Source: an uncultured Pelagibacteraceae bacterium (GTDB taxonomy: Bacteria; Pseudomonadota; Alphaproteobacteria; Pelagibacterales; Pelagibacteraceae). From it: 64,000 nt of DNA. How positions within the stretch are numbered: the stretch's first letter is position 1; every line of letters starts with the position of its first letter. Under the pieces are notes generated by a model. It saw nothing but the letters and a program-made list of their open reading frames with translations, made no database searches and was not told where the DNA came from. This document shows positions 1 through 10,633 of the stretch, piece by piece. Location of the stretch: the NCBI GenBank assembly GCA_902617805.1, contig CACMYF010000002.1, positions 5,889 through 69,888 of the forward strand, read 5' to 3'. The position numbers were made by a program, and so were the translations under genes.

Positions 1-945
1 CTTATTACAACAATGTCATTTTATATACTTGGTTCACAAAATTTAGAAAAATTTAATAATCAAGAAGTAAAAAAACTTGATTATAAACTAAGAATTTTAA
101 GTTCAAATATAAGTATAGATAGGTTTTATAACAATGTTGATCCTATAACTGCAATAGAAGAGCTAATTGAAATCAGCTCTCCTAAAAAAAATCAAAAAAT
201 AATTTTTATTTGGCCAGAAGGTATTATTCCAGGTATTTCACAAGACCAACTAAAAGAATACAAATGGTTATTTGAAAATAAGTTCAACGAAAATCATTTA
301 TTAGCAATTGGGATAAATAGTAAAGAAGATGAAAATAAAACCATTAAATATTTTAATTCATTATCTATTTTTGATTATGACCTTAATGTAATAAATTCAT
401 ATAACAAAATTAATCTTGTTCCTTTTGGTGAATTTTTACCTTTTGAAAAAATATTAAAAAGTATTGGTTTAAAAACAATTACTAATGAGTACCAATCATA
501 TTCAAAAGGTGCAGAAAGAAACATAATTGATCTGAAATATAGTAATTTATCAGTGAAAATATTACCTCTCATTTGTTATGAGATAATTTACTCTGGCAAA
601 ATTTTCTCAAACAACAAGTTTGATTATATTGTAAATATTTCTGAAGATGGTTGGTTTGGTAAATCAATCGGACCAGAACAACATTTAACTCATAGTATTT
701 TTAGAGCGATAGAAAGTGGAAAATATGTTTTAAGATCAGCAAATAATGGTACATCAGCAATTATTAATCCACTTGGAGTTATAGAGCAAAAAGTTGATAT
801 AAATAAATCAGGTTACATAGATTTAAGTGAGACAAGAAAAATAGAGCCGACCCTATTTGCAAAATTTGGAAATAAAATTTTTGGATTTATAATTTTATTG
901 TATATTTTTTTAATATTTTCATTTAAGAAACTTAGAAATGAGTAA
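1..945 (+). CDS. lnt: Apolipoprotein N-acyltransferase (5' end outside window)
   Basis: Nitrilase-fold motifs [46 protein letters not shown]. The frame is open back to base 1. Confidence 0.93.
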   Translation, partial: LITTMSFYILGSQNLEKFNNQEVKKLDYKLRILSSNISIDRFYNNVDPITAIEELIEISSPKKNQKIIFIWPEGIIPGISQDQLKEYKWLFENKFNENHLLAIGINSKEDENKTIKYFNSLSIFDYDLNVINSYNKINLVPFGEFLPFEKILKSIGLKTITNEYQSYSKGAERNIIDLKYSNLSVKILPLICYEIIYSGKIFSNNKFDYIVNISEDGWFGKSIGPEQHLTHSIFRAIESGKYVLRSANNGTSAIINPLGVIEQKVDINKSGYIDLSETRKIEPTLFAKFGNKIFGFIILLYIFLIFSFKKLRNE

Positions 946-2107
946 TTTAAAAAATTATCTTTTCACAAGTGAGTCAGTTTCAGAAGGCCATCCAGATAAA
1001 GTGTCCGATAGGATTTCAGATATGGTTGTTGATAGTTTTATATCTGGAGATCCATATTCTAGAGTTGCTTGTGAAACACTAACTACTACAAACAAAGTTG
1101 TTTTAGCTGGCGAGGTTAGAGGACCAGAGATTAAAAAAGATGAATTAATTGAAAAAGTAAGAAATTGCATAAAAGATATTGGTTATGACCAAAATGGATT
1201 TACCTGGAAAGAAGCTACAAAAATCGAAAGTCATTTACACTCCCAATCAGCTGACATTGCTATGGGTGTAGATTCATCTGGCAATAAAGATGAAGGAGCG
1301 GGCGACCAAGGTATTATGTTTGGTTATGCCTGTAATGAAACAGATGTTTTGATGCCTGCACCAATTCATTATTCACACAAAATTTTGAGATTAATGGCTG
1401 AGGATAGAAAAACTGGAAAATTAAAAAATATTGAACCAGATTCAAAAAGTCAGGTAACATTTGAGTATGTTGATGGAAAACCTTCAAAAGTTAAATCTGT
1501 AGTTATCTCTTCGCAGCATTCACCAGATGTTAATCAATCGCAAGTTAGAGATTTACTTAGACCTTATGTGTTAAAATCTATTCCTGAAAATTTTCTTGAT
1601 GGTTTTAATGAGGATGAGTTTTATGTAAATCCGACAGGAAACTTTGTAATTGGTGGTCCTGATGGAGATTGTGGTTTGACAGGTAGAAAAATTATTGTCG
1701 ATACTTATGGTGGAGCCGCACCTCATGGTGGTGGTGCTTTTTCAGGAAAAGATCCAACTAAAGTTGATAGATCAGCAGCTTACGCGGCAAGATATATTGC
1801 CAAAAATGTTGTTGGTTCAAAAATTGCTGAAAAATGTTTAATTCAGTTAGCTTATGCAATTGGGGTATCAAAACCATTATCCATTTATGTAGATTTATTT
1901 GATAACGATCTAGATAAAAATAAATTTGTTGTAGAAAAGATTAGAGAAAATTTTGATTTGAGCCCTAGAGGTATCAGAGAAATGCTGAATTTAAATAAAC
2001 CAATATATGAAAAAACAGCTGCTTATGGTCATTTTGGTAGAGCACCTGAAGAAAATGGTTCATTTTCATGGGAAAAAACTGATAAAATTAACGTTTTTTC
2101 AAAATAG
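938..2107 (+). CDS. metK: S-adenosylmethionine synthetase
   Basis: [35 protein letters not shown] signatures. Confidence 0.99.
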   Translation: MSNLKNYLFTSESVSEGHPDKVSDRISDMVVDSFISGDPYSRVACETLTTTNKVVLAGEVRGPEIKKDELIEKVRNCIKDIGYDQNGFTWKEATKIESHLHSQSADIAMGVDSSGNKDEGAGDQGIMFGYACNETDVLMPAPIHYSHKILRLMAEDRKTGKLKNIEPDSKSQVTFEYVDGKPSKVKSVVISSQHSPDVNQSQVRDLLRPYVLKSIPENFLDGFNEDEFYVNPTGNFVIGGPDGDCGLTGRKIIVDTYGGAAPHGGGAFSGKDPTKVDRSAAYAARYIAKNVVGSKIAEKCLIQLAYAIGVSKPLSIYVDLFDNDLDKNKFVVEKIRENFDLSPRGIREMLNLNKPIYEKTAAYGHFGRAPEENGSFSWEKTDKINVFSK

Positions 2108-2167
2108 TTTCTGTTGAATTAAAAAAAAACTTTACTATATTGCAGTTACATTATTGAACTTTACGAA

Positions 2168-2190
2168 ATGGGCTCAAGCCCATTTTTTTT
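2168..2190 (+). promoter_or_regulatory. rimP-leader-like attenuator/terminator upstream of nusA
   Basis: ATGGGCT-CA-AGCCCAT hairpin followed by a T-run, downstream of a TTGAAT..TATATT promoter candidate (2114-2141). Confidence 0.65.
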
Positions 2191-2206
2191 TGGAGCAAAC
2201 AAAATT

Positions 2207-3760
2207 ATGTTGAATAAAAGAGCAGATAAACTTGAATTATTAAGAATTGCTGAAGCTGTAGCTTTAGAAAAATCAATTGATAAAGAACTCATCATAACTT
2301 CTATGGAAACAGGAATTGCAAAGGCTGCTAAGTCAAAATTTGGTCAGGAAAATGAAATTAAAGTTTCTATTGATAGAGATAACGGAAATATTGAGCTTTT
2401 TAGAAAATTAACAATTACAGAAAATCCGGAAAACTCAAATACAGAAATAAAATTGGAAGATGCAATAATTTTAAATGAAACAAATAAAGACAAGTCTATT
2501 GGTGATGAGATTTTACAACCACTTCCTTCATTTGATTTTGGTCGCATTGCCGCTCAAACTGCCAAACAGGTTATAAGTTTTAATGTAAGAGAGGCCGAGA
2601 GAGAGAGACAATTTAGTGATTTCATAGATAAAAAAGACTCAATCTTAAGTGGTATTGTTAAGAGATTGGAGTTTGGAAATGTTATCGTTGATTTGGGAAG
2701 AACAGAGGCAATAATTCAAAAAAATGAATTAATACCTCGTGAAAATATTAAAGCAGGTGATAGAATTAAAGCTTACTGTTATGATGTTAGAAGAGAACAA
2801 AGAGGTCAACAAATATTTTTATCTAGAGCTCATCCTAAATTTATGGAAAAGCTTTTTCTTCAAGAAGTTCCAGAAATTTATGATGGACTAATTGAAATTA
2901 AGTCTTCTTCAAGAGATCCAGGAAGTAGAGCTAAGATATGTGTTAAAGCAGTTGATACATCTTTAGATCCAGTTGGTGCATGCGTGGGTATGCGAGGTTC
3001 AAGAGTTCAGGCAGTTGTAAATGAGCTTCAAGGTGAAAAAATTGATATTGTTAACTGGTCAGAAGATCCGGCAGTATTGGTTTCAAACGCGTTATCACCT
3101 GCGGAAGTTCAGAGAGTAAACGTTGATAGTGAAAGAAAAAAACTTGATGTAATTCTTACAGAAGAGAATTTAAGTAAAGCAATTGGAAGAAGAGGTCAGA
3201 ACGTTAGACTCGCAACAAAACTTTTAAGTTATGAAATCAATATAATGACAGATGCTGAAGACTCTGAAAGAAGGCAGTTGGAATTTAAAGAAAAAACAGA
3301 AAACTTTGTAAAGAATTTAGAGTTAGATGAAACATTAGGTCAGTTACTTGTTGCCGAAGGTTTTTCGAGTATAGATGACATCAAAGATAGCTCAGCTGAA
3401 AATTTGATTAAAATTGAGGGAATAGAAGAAGATACTGCAAAAGCTTTAATAGAAAGAGCTAAAGAGTTTCATGAAAAGGATCAGGAAGATATTTCTCAAA
3501 GAATTAAGGAGCTAGGTCTGGAGGATTCTTTAATTAATTTAAATGGTTTAACTCCAGGTATGTTGGTTACACTCGGTGAACAAAAAATATTGACTTTAGA
3601 AGATTTTGCCGATCTAGCATCTGATGAACTAACTGGTGGTTTCGATGTGGTAAAAGGTGAGAGGGTTAAAATCCAAGGTTATCTCGAAGATTTTGCTCTA
3701 TCAAAAGAAGAAGCGGATGAGCTGATTATGTCTGCTCGAAACATAGTATATAAAGATTGA
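2207..3760 (+). CDS. nusA: Transcription termination factor NusA
   Basis: FGRIAAQTAKQVI, RDPGSRAKI, GACVGMRGSRV, AIGRRGQNVRLA. Start moved to ATG 2207 (GGAG upstream) because the longer ORF reads through the leader hairpin. Confidence 0.97.
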   Translation: MLNKRADKLELLRIAEAVALEKSIDKELIITSMETGIAKAAKSKFGQENEIKVSIDRDNGNIELFRKLTITENPENSNTEIKLEDAIILNETNKDKSIGDEILQPLPSFDFGRIAAQTAKQVISFNVREAERERQFSDFIDKKDSILSGIVKRLEFGNVIVDLGRTEAIIQKNELIPRENIKAGDRIKAYCYDVRREQRGQQIFLSRAHPKFMEKLFLQEVPEIYDGLIEIKSSSRDPGSRAKICVKAVDTSLDPVGACVGMRGSRVQAVVNELQGEKIDIVNWSEDPAVLVSNALSPAEVQRVNVDSERKKLDVILTEENLSKAIGRRGQNVRLATKLLSYEINIMTDAEDSERRQLEFKEKTENFVKNLELDETLGQLLVAEGFSSIDDIKDSSAENLIKIEGIEEDTAKALIERAKEFHEKDQEDISQRIKELGLEDSLINLNGLTPGMLVTLGEQKILTLEDFADLASDELTGGFDVVKGERVKIQGYLEDFALSKEEADELIMSARNIVYKD

Positions 3761-3770
3761 GTGATGAGGT

Positions 3771-5991
3771 ATGGAAAAAAAAACAAAATTAACAATTTCT
3801 GGCACAGCCAAAAAGTCTATCAAGAATATTGAGATTGCTAAAACTCAAGGTAAAAACTCTGTAATAATTGAAAAGCAAACTGGAAAATTTTCTAGTAGAG
3901 GTGGATCACTTAGATCTACGACAAATAAGCCAAGAAATACTTCGATATATAATAGAGCAGCTACTTCAAAACCTTCATTCAATCCCAAATCACCCCCTTT
4001 AACAAATGATTTTGAAAAGAGGAAATTAGCAGAGCAAAGAGCCACCAAAAGACTTAAGGGAGATATTGAAAATAAAGAAAAAAAGACTTTAAAAGCAGGT
4101 GCGAAAAAAAGGGAATTAAAATTAACTGTATCAAGAGCATTAAGTGATGAGATTGATGCAAAACAAAGAAGCTTAGCATCAGTTAAGAGAGCGAGACAAA
4201 AAGAAATTAAAAATGCTACTAAAAATGTTTCTGAGGAAAATTTAAAACCAATAACAAGAGATATTAATATTCCTGAAGCAATCACTGTAAGAGAATTAGC
4301 AAACAGAATGGCTGAACAATCAAGTAATGTTATCAAGCATTTATTTGGTATGGGTGTAACGGTTACAATCAATCAGACACTTGCTGCCGATACGGCAGAA
4401 TATTTAGTCAAAGAATTTGGTCATAATCCAATTAGAGAGGAAAAAGCTGAGGAAATAATCCAAAAAATAAAAGCTTCGAGAACTGAAAATTTAAAAAATA
4501 GACCACCTATAGTTACTGTTATGGGTCATGTTGATCATGGTAAAACATCAGTGCTAGATGTTCTTAGAAGTGCAAATGTAGTTTCAGGTGAATTTGGTGG
4601 AATAACTCAACACATTGGTGCTTATCAAATTGAAAACCAAGATAATAAATTAACATTTATTGATACTCCAGGACATGCTGCTTTTACAGAGATGAGAGCA
4701 AGAGGATCAAAATTAACTGATGTGGTTGTATTAGTGGTAGCTGCAGATGATGGAGTTAAACCTCAAACTGTTGAGTCAATTAAACATGCTAAAGCTGCGA
4801 ATGTTCCAATAGTTGTAGCAATTAATAAATGCGATTTACCAGAGGCAGATCCTCAGAAAATAAAAAATCAATTATTAGAGCATGAATTAATTGCTGAAGA
4901 ATTATCTGGTGATACTTTGATGGTTGAGATTTCAACTAAAACAAAACAAAATTTAGATAAATTAGTAGAGTCAATAATACTACAAGCAGAGATTTTAGAT
5001 CTTAAAACAGATTATGAATCTAAAGCTACAGGTATAGTTTTAGAGTCAAAAATTGATGTTGGTAGAGGTCCAGTTGCAAATATAATTGTAACAACAGGAA
5101 CACTTAAGAGAGGTGATTTTTTTGTAAGTGGTTTAAAGTGGGGAAAAGTTAGAGCTATTATTAATGATAAAGGTAAAAATATCAATGAAGCATTACCTTC
5201 TACTCCTGTTGAAATATTAGGAATAAATGGTGCAGCCAAAGCTGGTGACGATTTTATTGTTCTTGATACAGAAAAAGAAGCAAAAACACTGAGTGAAAAT
5301 AGAGCTCAAGAGAGTAAGGATGGAAAAAATCCACTATCTTTTGCAACTCAAGACTCTGCCTTTTCAGATAAATCTACTGAAGAATTAAATTTAATAATTA
5401 AATCTGATGTACACGGATCATCTGAAGCAATCAAAAATGCAATAAGTCAAATTACACATGATGAGGTTAAACCTAAGATAATTTTAGCAGATATTGGAAT
5501 GGTAACAGAAACAGATGTTACATTAGCTAAAGCTTCAAATGCAGTATTAATAGCTTTCAATGTTAAACCAAGTAAAGAAGCAAAAAAACTTGCAGAAAAT
5601 GAGAAGATAAAAATATCTTCTTATAATATTATCTACGAAGTTTTAGATTATATTAAACAAAGAATGTCAGGATTATTAGCCCCTGATGTCCAAGAAAAAA
5701 TTACTGGTACCGCACAAATTTTGGAAATATTTAAAGTTTCAGGTGCTGGAAAAGTTGCAGGTTCAAAAGTAACTGAGGGTGAAATTAATAGTACATCTGA
5801 TGTAAGAATTATCAGAGATGGTGCAATTATATACACTGGAAAAGTCTCAACAATATTTAGAGAAAAAAACCAAGTAAAACAAGTAAGTGATGGTCAAGAA
5901 TGTGGAATAACAGTTAAAGATTATATGGATTTCCAAAAAAAACGATACAATAGAAGCATTTAGTGTTACATCTACTGAGAGGTCAATTTAA
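3771..5991 (+). CDS. infB: Translation initiation factor IF-2 (apparent 1-nt insertion near 5935-5942)
   Basis: MGHVDHGKT, DTPGHAAF, NKCD motifs. The conserved C-terminus NDTIEAFSVTSTERSI is in another frame after an A8 run and ends at TAA 5989-5991. Confidence 0.95.
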
Positions 5992-6359
5992 TGACAGATA
6001 GAATAGGAAAACCAGTATCTCAAAGACAGCTGAGAGTGGGTGAAATGATTAAGCAGTCTTTAAGCATGATTTTTATAAGAAATGAGGCTAAAGTGCCGAA
6101 TTTAGAAACAAATACTATAACAGTTACCGAAGTTAGAATGAGTCCAGATTTAAAAATTGCTAAAGCATATGTTCTCCCATTAGGAGGAAAAGATGCAGAA
6201 GAATCAATTAAAATTTTAAAAGAATACTCATATTTAATTAGAAAAATTTTATCACAAAAAGTGGTTATGAAATTTTTACCAAAATTACTTTTTAGAAAAG
6301 ATGAATCTTTTGAGTATGCGGAAAAAATAGAAAACTTAATAAAACAAACAAATAAATAG
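5991..6359 (+). CDS. rbfA: Ribosome-binding factor A
   Basis: RQLRVGEMIK, ITVTEVRMSPDLKIAKAYV, PKLLFRKDES; position after infB. Confidence 0.96.
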   Translation: MTDRIGKPVSQRQLRVGEMIKQSLSMIFIRNEAKVPNLETNTITVTEVRMSPDLKIAKAYVLPLGGKDAEESIKILKEYSYLIRKILSQKVVMKFLPKLLFRKDESFEYAEKIENLIKQTNK

Positions 6360-6371
6360 GAAGAAAGAGGC

Positions 6372-6620
6372 ATGAACAAAAAGGCACAAGAATTAGCAAT
6401 GCATGATAAAGATACTGGATCTTCAGAGATACAAATCGCTTTGCTAACAGAGAAAATTGAAACTCTCTCTAAACATATTAAGCAATTCAAAAAGGATAAA
6501 CATTCATCTGTTGGATTGTTGAGAGCAGTAAATAGAAGAAAGAAATTGTTAGAATATCTAAAGAAAAATAAAATGGATTCTTACAAAAATGTACTGTCGA
6601 AATTGAATTTAAGAAAATAG
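6372..6620 (+). CDS. rpsO: 30S ribosomal protein S15
   Basis: DTGSSEIQIALLT, KDKHSSVGLL, RRKKLLEYL. Confidence 0.97.
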   Translation: MNKKAQELAMHDKDTGSSEIQIALLTEKIETLSKHIKQFKKDKHSSVGLLRAVNRRKKLLEYLKKNKMDSYKNVLSKLNLRK

Positions 6621-6627
6621 AAGTCAA

Positions 6628-6680
6628 GATAGATAGAACGGAATGGAACGAAACGAACGAAACGAAATGGAAATGAAATG
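6628..6680 (+). repeat. Degenerate purine-rich (G/A)AA(C/T)G tandem repeat filling the rpsO-pnp spacer
   Basis: GATAGATA GAACG GAATG GAACG AAACG AACG AAACG AAATG GAAATG AAATG. Confidence 0.8.
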
Positions 6681-8750
6681 TTTAAAGTATACAAGAAGGA
6701 AATTGAAGTAGCAGGAAAGAAGATAAGTTTAGAAACAGGTAAAGTAGCAAGACAGGCAGACGGTGCAATAATTGCAACATGTGGAGAGACAGTCGTACTA
6801 GCAACAGTAGTAGGAGCAAAAAAAGTAAATCCTGATATGGATTACTTTCCATTATCTGTAAATTACCAAGAAAAATATTATGCAGCTGGAAAAATTCCAG
6901 GTGGATATTTTAAAAGAGAAGCAAGACCAACCGAGAGCGAAACATTAATCTCAAGATTAATTGATAGACCAATCAGACCTTTATTTCCTGATGAATTTAA
7001 AAATGAAGTTCAGTTATTACCAACTGTGATTTCATATGATAAAGAAAATGAACCAGATATTTTATCAATCACTGCTTCATCAGCAGCATTAGCCATATCG
7101 GGAATGCCATTTATGGGCCCTGTAGGAGCTTCAAGGGTTGGATTTATTGATGGAAAATATGTTTTAAACCCATCTAAAGCAGAATTAGAAAAATCTAAAT
7201 TAGATTTAGTTGTAGCGGGTACAAAAGATGCTGTGCTTATGGTTGAGTCTGAAGCAAATGGTTTAACAGAAGAAGAAATGTTAAATGCAGTTAAATTTGG
7301 TCACGAAGGTTTTGTTCCAGTGATTGAAATGATTGAGGAACTTGCAAAAGAATGTAGAAAACCAGAGTGGACAGTTGAAAAAAAAGATTTATCTGAAGTT
7401 AAGAAAAAACTTGAGGAAACTTTTACAGAAGATCTTAAAAAAGCTTTTGCAACAAGAGATAAACAAGATAGATCAAATCAGATTTCAGAGATTACTGATA
7501 AAGCTAAAAAGCTTTACGAAGAAGATGAAAACTACACTGATCTTGATGTTAACAGTCAGTTAAAAAATCTTGAAAAATCAATTGTTAGAACTGATATTCT
7601 AAAAAATAAAAATAGAATTGATGGTCGAGGTTTATCAGATGTAAGACCTATAGAATGTGAAGTTGGTGTTTTACCAAGAGCACATGGTTCTGCATTGTTT
7701 ACTAGAGGAGAAACACAAGCAATTGTTGTTGCAACTTTAGGAACATCTGATGATGAACAAAGAATTGAAAGTTTAGATGGATTGCAAAGAGAAAGATTTA
7801 TGCTTCACTATAATTTTCCTCCTTTTTCAGTAGGAGAAACTGGAAGAATTGGAACTGGTAGAAGAGAAATCGGACATGGTAAACTAGCATGGAGAGCAAT
7901 CAATTCTTCATTGCCTACAAAAGAAGCATTTCCATATACTTTTAGAGTAGTTTCAGAGATTACTGAATCTAATGGTTCTTCTTCAATGGCTACTGTTTGT
8001 GGAACTTCTTTAGCGTTAATGGATGCAGGAGTACCAATAAAAGAGCCAGTTGCAGGTATTGCGATGGGATTAATTAAGGAAGGTGATGATTTCAGCGTCC
8101 TTTCAGATATTTTAGGTGATGAAGATCACTTAGGCGATATGGACTTTAAAGTGGCTGGAACTAAAGATGGAATTACTTCTCTTCAAATGGATATCAAAAT
8201 TACAGGTATTACTTTTGAAATTATGGAGCAGGCATTGAGCCAAGCTAAAGACGGAAGAGTTCATATCTTAGGAGAAATGAATAAAGCATTATCAGCTTCA
8301 AGATCTGATGTTGGAAAACATACTCCAAAAATGGAACAGGTAAATGTTGATAAAAAAGACATTGCTGCAGTAATTGGAAAAGGCGGGGCAACGATCAGAG
8401 AGATCGTTGAAAAATCAGGTGCAAAAGTAGATGTAAATGATGAAGGAGTTGTTACAGTTGCTGCTCCAGATGAAGAGTCCAGAAACATTGCGATGCAAAT
8501 GATTAAAGATATCACTGCAAAAGCTGAATTGAACAAAATTTATTCAGGCAAAGTTATGAAGATTATGGAATTTGGTGCATTTGTTAATTTCTTAGGTAAA
8601 CAAGATGGGCTTGTTCATATCTCGGAACTTGCAGACAAAAGAGTAGCTAAAGTTACCGACGTAGTTAAAGAAGGAGATGAAGTAAAAGTTAAAGTCATAG
8701 GTTTTGATAGAGGTAAAGTTAAACTTTCTATGAAACAAGCTGCTGACTAA
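6678..8750 (+). CDS. pnp: Polyribonucleotide nucleotidyltransferase (PNPase)
   Basis: [40 protein letters not shown]; KH and S1 domains. Confidence 0.99.
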   Translation: MFKVYKKEIEVAGKKISLETGKVARQADGAIIATCGETVVLATVVGAKKVNPDMDYFPLSVNYQEKYYAAGKIPGGYFKREARPTESETLISRLIDRPIRPLFPDEFKNEVQLLPTVISYDKENEPDILSITASSAALAISGMPFMGPVGASRVGFIDGKYVLNPSKAELEKSKLDLVVAGTKDAVLMVESEANGLTEEEMLNAVKFGHEGFVPVIEMIEELAKECRKPEWTVEKKDLSEVKKKLEETFTEDLKKAFATRDKQDRSNQISEITDKAKKLYEEDENYTDLDVNSQLKNLEKSIVRTDILKNKNRIDGRGLSDVRPIECEVGVLPRAHGSALFTRGETQAIVVATLGTSDDEQRIESLDGLQRERFMLHYNFPPFSVGETGRIGTGRREIGHGKLAWRAINSSLPTKEAFPYTFRVVSEITESNGSSSMATVCGTSLALMDAGVPIKEPVAGIAMGLIKEGDDFSVLSDILGDEDHLGDMDFKVAGTKDGITSLQMDIKITGITFEIMEQALSQAKDGRVHILGEMNKALSASRSDVGKHTPKMEQVNVDKKDIAAVIGKGGATIREIVEKSGAKVDVNDEGVVTVAAPDEESRNIAMQMIKDITAKAELNKIYSGKVMKIMEFGAFVNFLGKQDGLVHISELADKRVAKVTDVVKEGDEVKVKVIGFDRGKVKLSMKQAAD

Positions 8751-8771
8751 AAACTATTTAAAAATAATTTT

Positions 8772-8803
8772 AACCTCTACGATTGAGAGTTTTGAGGTTT
8801 TTT
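8772..8803 (+). terminator. Possible intrinsic terminator after pnp
   Basis: AACCTC...GAGGTT outer stem with imperfect interior, followed by a T-run. Confidence 0.45.
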
Positions 8804-8872
8804 ATTTTGAATTTAAAATTCAAATAATTATTTAAAAATATACAAGTTGTTTTTATAAGTATCAAAGAGATT

Positions 8873-9862
8873 ATGTATAAATATTTAATTACAGGAGGAG
8901 CAGGATTAATTGGTTCAAATTTACTGAGAGAATTAATAAAAAAAAAAAATACTGAAATATATGTTGTTGACAATTTATGGAGAGGCAAAATAGAAAACTT
9001 TAAAGATAAAGATAAGTTTGTTTTCGATGTTGATAATTATTTTTTCAATTTGGATTTAAGAAATTATGATAATTGCATTAAAATTACGCAAAATATAGAT
9101 TGCGTTATTCATTTAGCGGATGTAGTTGCTGGAATTAATTATGTCTTTAACAATGAATTTACTCTATTTCAATCCAACCTGTCCATTAATTCAAATATGT
9201 TAAAGGCAGCAATTAAAAATAAAGTAAGTAAATATCTATATGTTGGAACTGCATGCAGCTATCCAATAGAAAAACAAGCTTCAATTAATAAAATTCCTTT
9301 AATAGAAGAAGAAGCCTATCCAGCAAATCCTGAGACTTCATATGGTTGGAGTAAATTAATTGGAGAATATGAATTAGGGTTGGCTGAAAAAAATAATCAA
9401 ATTGAAGCTTCTATATTGAGGCTTCATAATGTTTATGGTCCTCGTTGTGAGCTTAGCTATGAAAAATCACAGGTTATACCAGCTTTATGCAGAAAATTAA
9501 TATTAAATGAGGAATTTATTGTTTGGGGTTCCGGTAAACAAAGAAGATCATTTGTATACATAGACGATATAACACGAGCAATAATGTTATCTTTAGAAAA
9601 GGGTATGGGCGAAGGTGTGATACAGATAGGTCCAGATAAAAGTGAAACCATATCAGATATTGCTAAAAAATTATTAGAGATATCTGGAAAAGATATAGAT
9701 ATTAAATTTGATCTTTCAAAACCCGAAGGAGATTTTGATAGAACAGCAAATTATTCAAAAGCAAAAAAAATAATAGGATGGAAGCCAATGGTTGATATAG
9801 ACACTGGATTGTCAAATACATATAATTGGGCAGTAAAAAATTTACTAAGTCAAAAAAATTAG
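8873..9862 (+). CDS. NAD-dependent sugar-nucleotide epimerase, GDP-mannose 3,5-epimerase-like extended SDR
   Basis: TGGAGLIGS, TACSYP, YGWSK (YxxxK), RLHNVYGP, WGSGKQRRSFVYIDD. Confidence 0.85.
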   Translation: MYKYLITGGAGLIGSNLLRELIKKKNTEIYVVDNLWRGKIENFKDKDKFVFDVDNYFFNLDLRNYDNCIKITQNIDCVIHLADVVAGINYVFNNEFTLFQSNLSINSNMLKAAIKNKVSKYLYVGTACSYPIEKQASINKIPLIEEEAYPANPETSYGWSKLIGEYELGLAEKNNQIEASILRLHNVYGPRCELSYEKSQVIPALCRKLILNEEFIVWGSGKQRRSFVYIDDITRAIMLSLEKGMGEGVIQIGPDKSETISDIAKKLLEISGKDIDIKFDLSKPEGDFDRTANYSKAKKIIGWKPMVDIDTGLSNTYNWAVKNLLSQKN

Positions 9863-9895
9863 TTAACAAAAAAGAATTAAAACTAATTTAATAGT

Positions 9896-10618
9896 ATGTA
9901 TTCAAAAGATTTATCAATTATTTTTCCTATTTATAATGAAGAAAATTCAATAAAGGAAACTTTATTTGAATGGAAAAAAGAAATTGATCTCTTAAAAATC
10001 GAATATGAAATAGTTTTAGCAGAAGATGGTAGTACAGATAATACAAAAAAAATTTTAAATGATTTAGTAATTAATGACAAAGAAAATTTTTTTTTAAATA
10101 ACATTGTTGAACATAAAAGAGGTTATGCAAAAGCAATACTATCATCTGTAAATATGGCTAACGGTGAATTTATATTAAGTGTTGATTCTGATGGTCAATG
10201 TGATCCAAAAGATTTTAAAAAATTTTGGCAAAAAAAAAATTATATTTATAATGATATATTGATTGGAAACAGAAAAGTTAGAAAAGATAAGCTTTCAAGA
10301 TTAATATTATCTAAAATATTTTTAATATTTCATAGAATACTTTTTTTTTCTAAAATTAAAGATCCAAGTTGTCCCTATATTTTTTGTAGAAAAATAACTT
10401 TTTTAGAACTTGAAAAATATTTAAGCTTTATGACCGAAGGATTTTGGTGGGGATTTATTGCAGCTTCATTAAAAGAAAATAAAAAAATTTATCAAATCGA
10501 CATAAATCATAAAAAAAGAATAAGTGGTTCAACAAATATTTTTTTCTTTTCTAAAATACCATCTATAGCATATAAAAATATTATAGGATTGTTTAAAATT
10601 AAGTTTTTTAGGAATTAG
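9896..10618 (+). CDS. Glycosyltransferase family 2 (DPM synthase-like)
   Basis: SIIFPIYNEE, EDGSTDNT, DSDGQCDP. Confidence 0.88.
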   Translation: MYSKDLSIIFPIYNEENSIKETLFEWKKEIDLLKIEYEIVLAEDGSTDNTKKILNDLVINDKENFFLNNIVEHKRGYAKAILSSVNMANGEFILSVDSDGQCDPKDFKKFWQKKNYIYNDILIGNRKVRKDKLSRLILSKIFLIFHRILFFSKIKDPSCPYIFCRKITFLELEKYLSFMTEGFWWGFIAASLKENKKIYQIDINHKKRISGSTNIFFFSKIPSIAYKNIIGLFKIKFFRN

Positions 10619-10633
10619 TTATTTGTTTAAATT

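Noticed and set aside
900-940. SAM riboswitch before metK
   Set aside because: metK overlaps the lnt stop codon, leaving no leader space or recognisable aptamer.
6628-6680. CRISPR array
   Set aside because: Units are 4-6 bp with no spacers, and there are no cas genes in the window.
8755-8840. TATTTAAAAATA direct repeat and TTTGAATTT-A-AAATTCAAA palindrome as insertion scars of the islet
   Set aside because: Almost pure A/T, with no matching copy at the right boundary near 10620; chance is likely.
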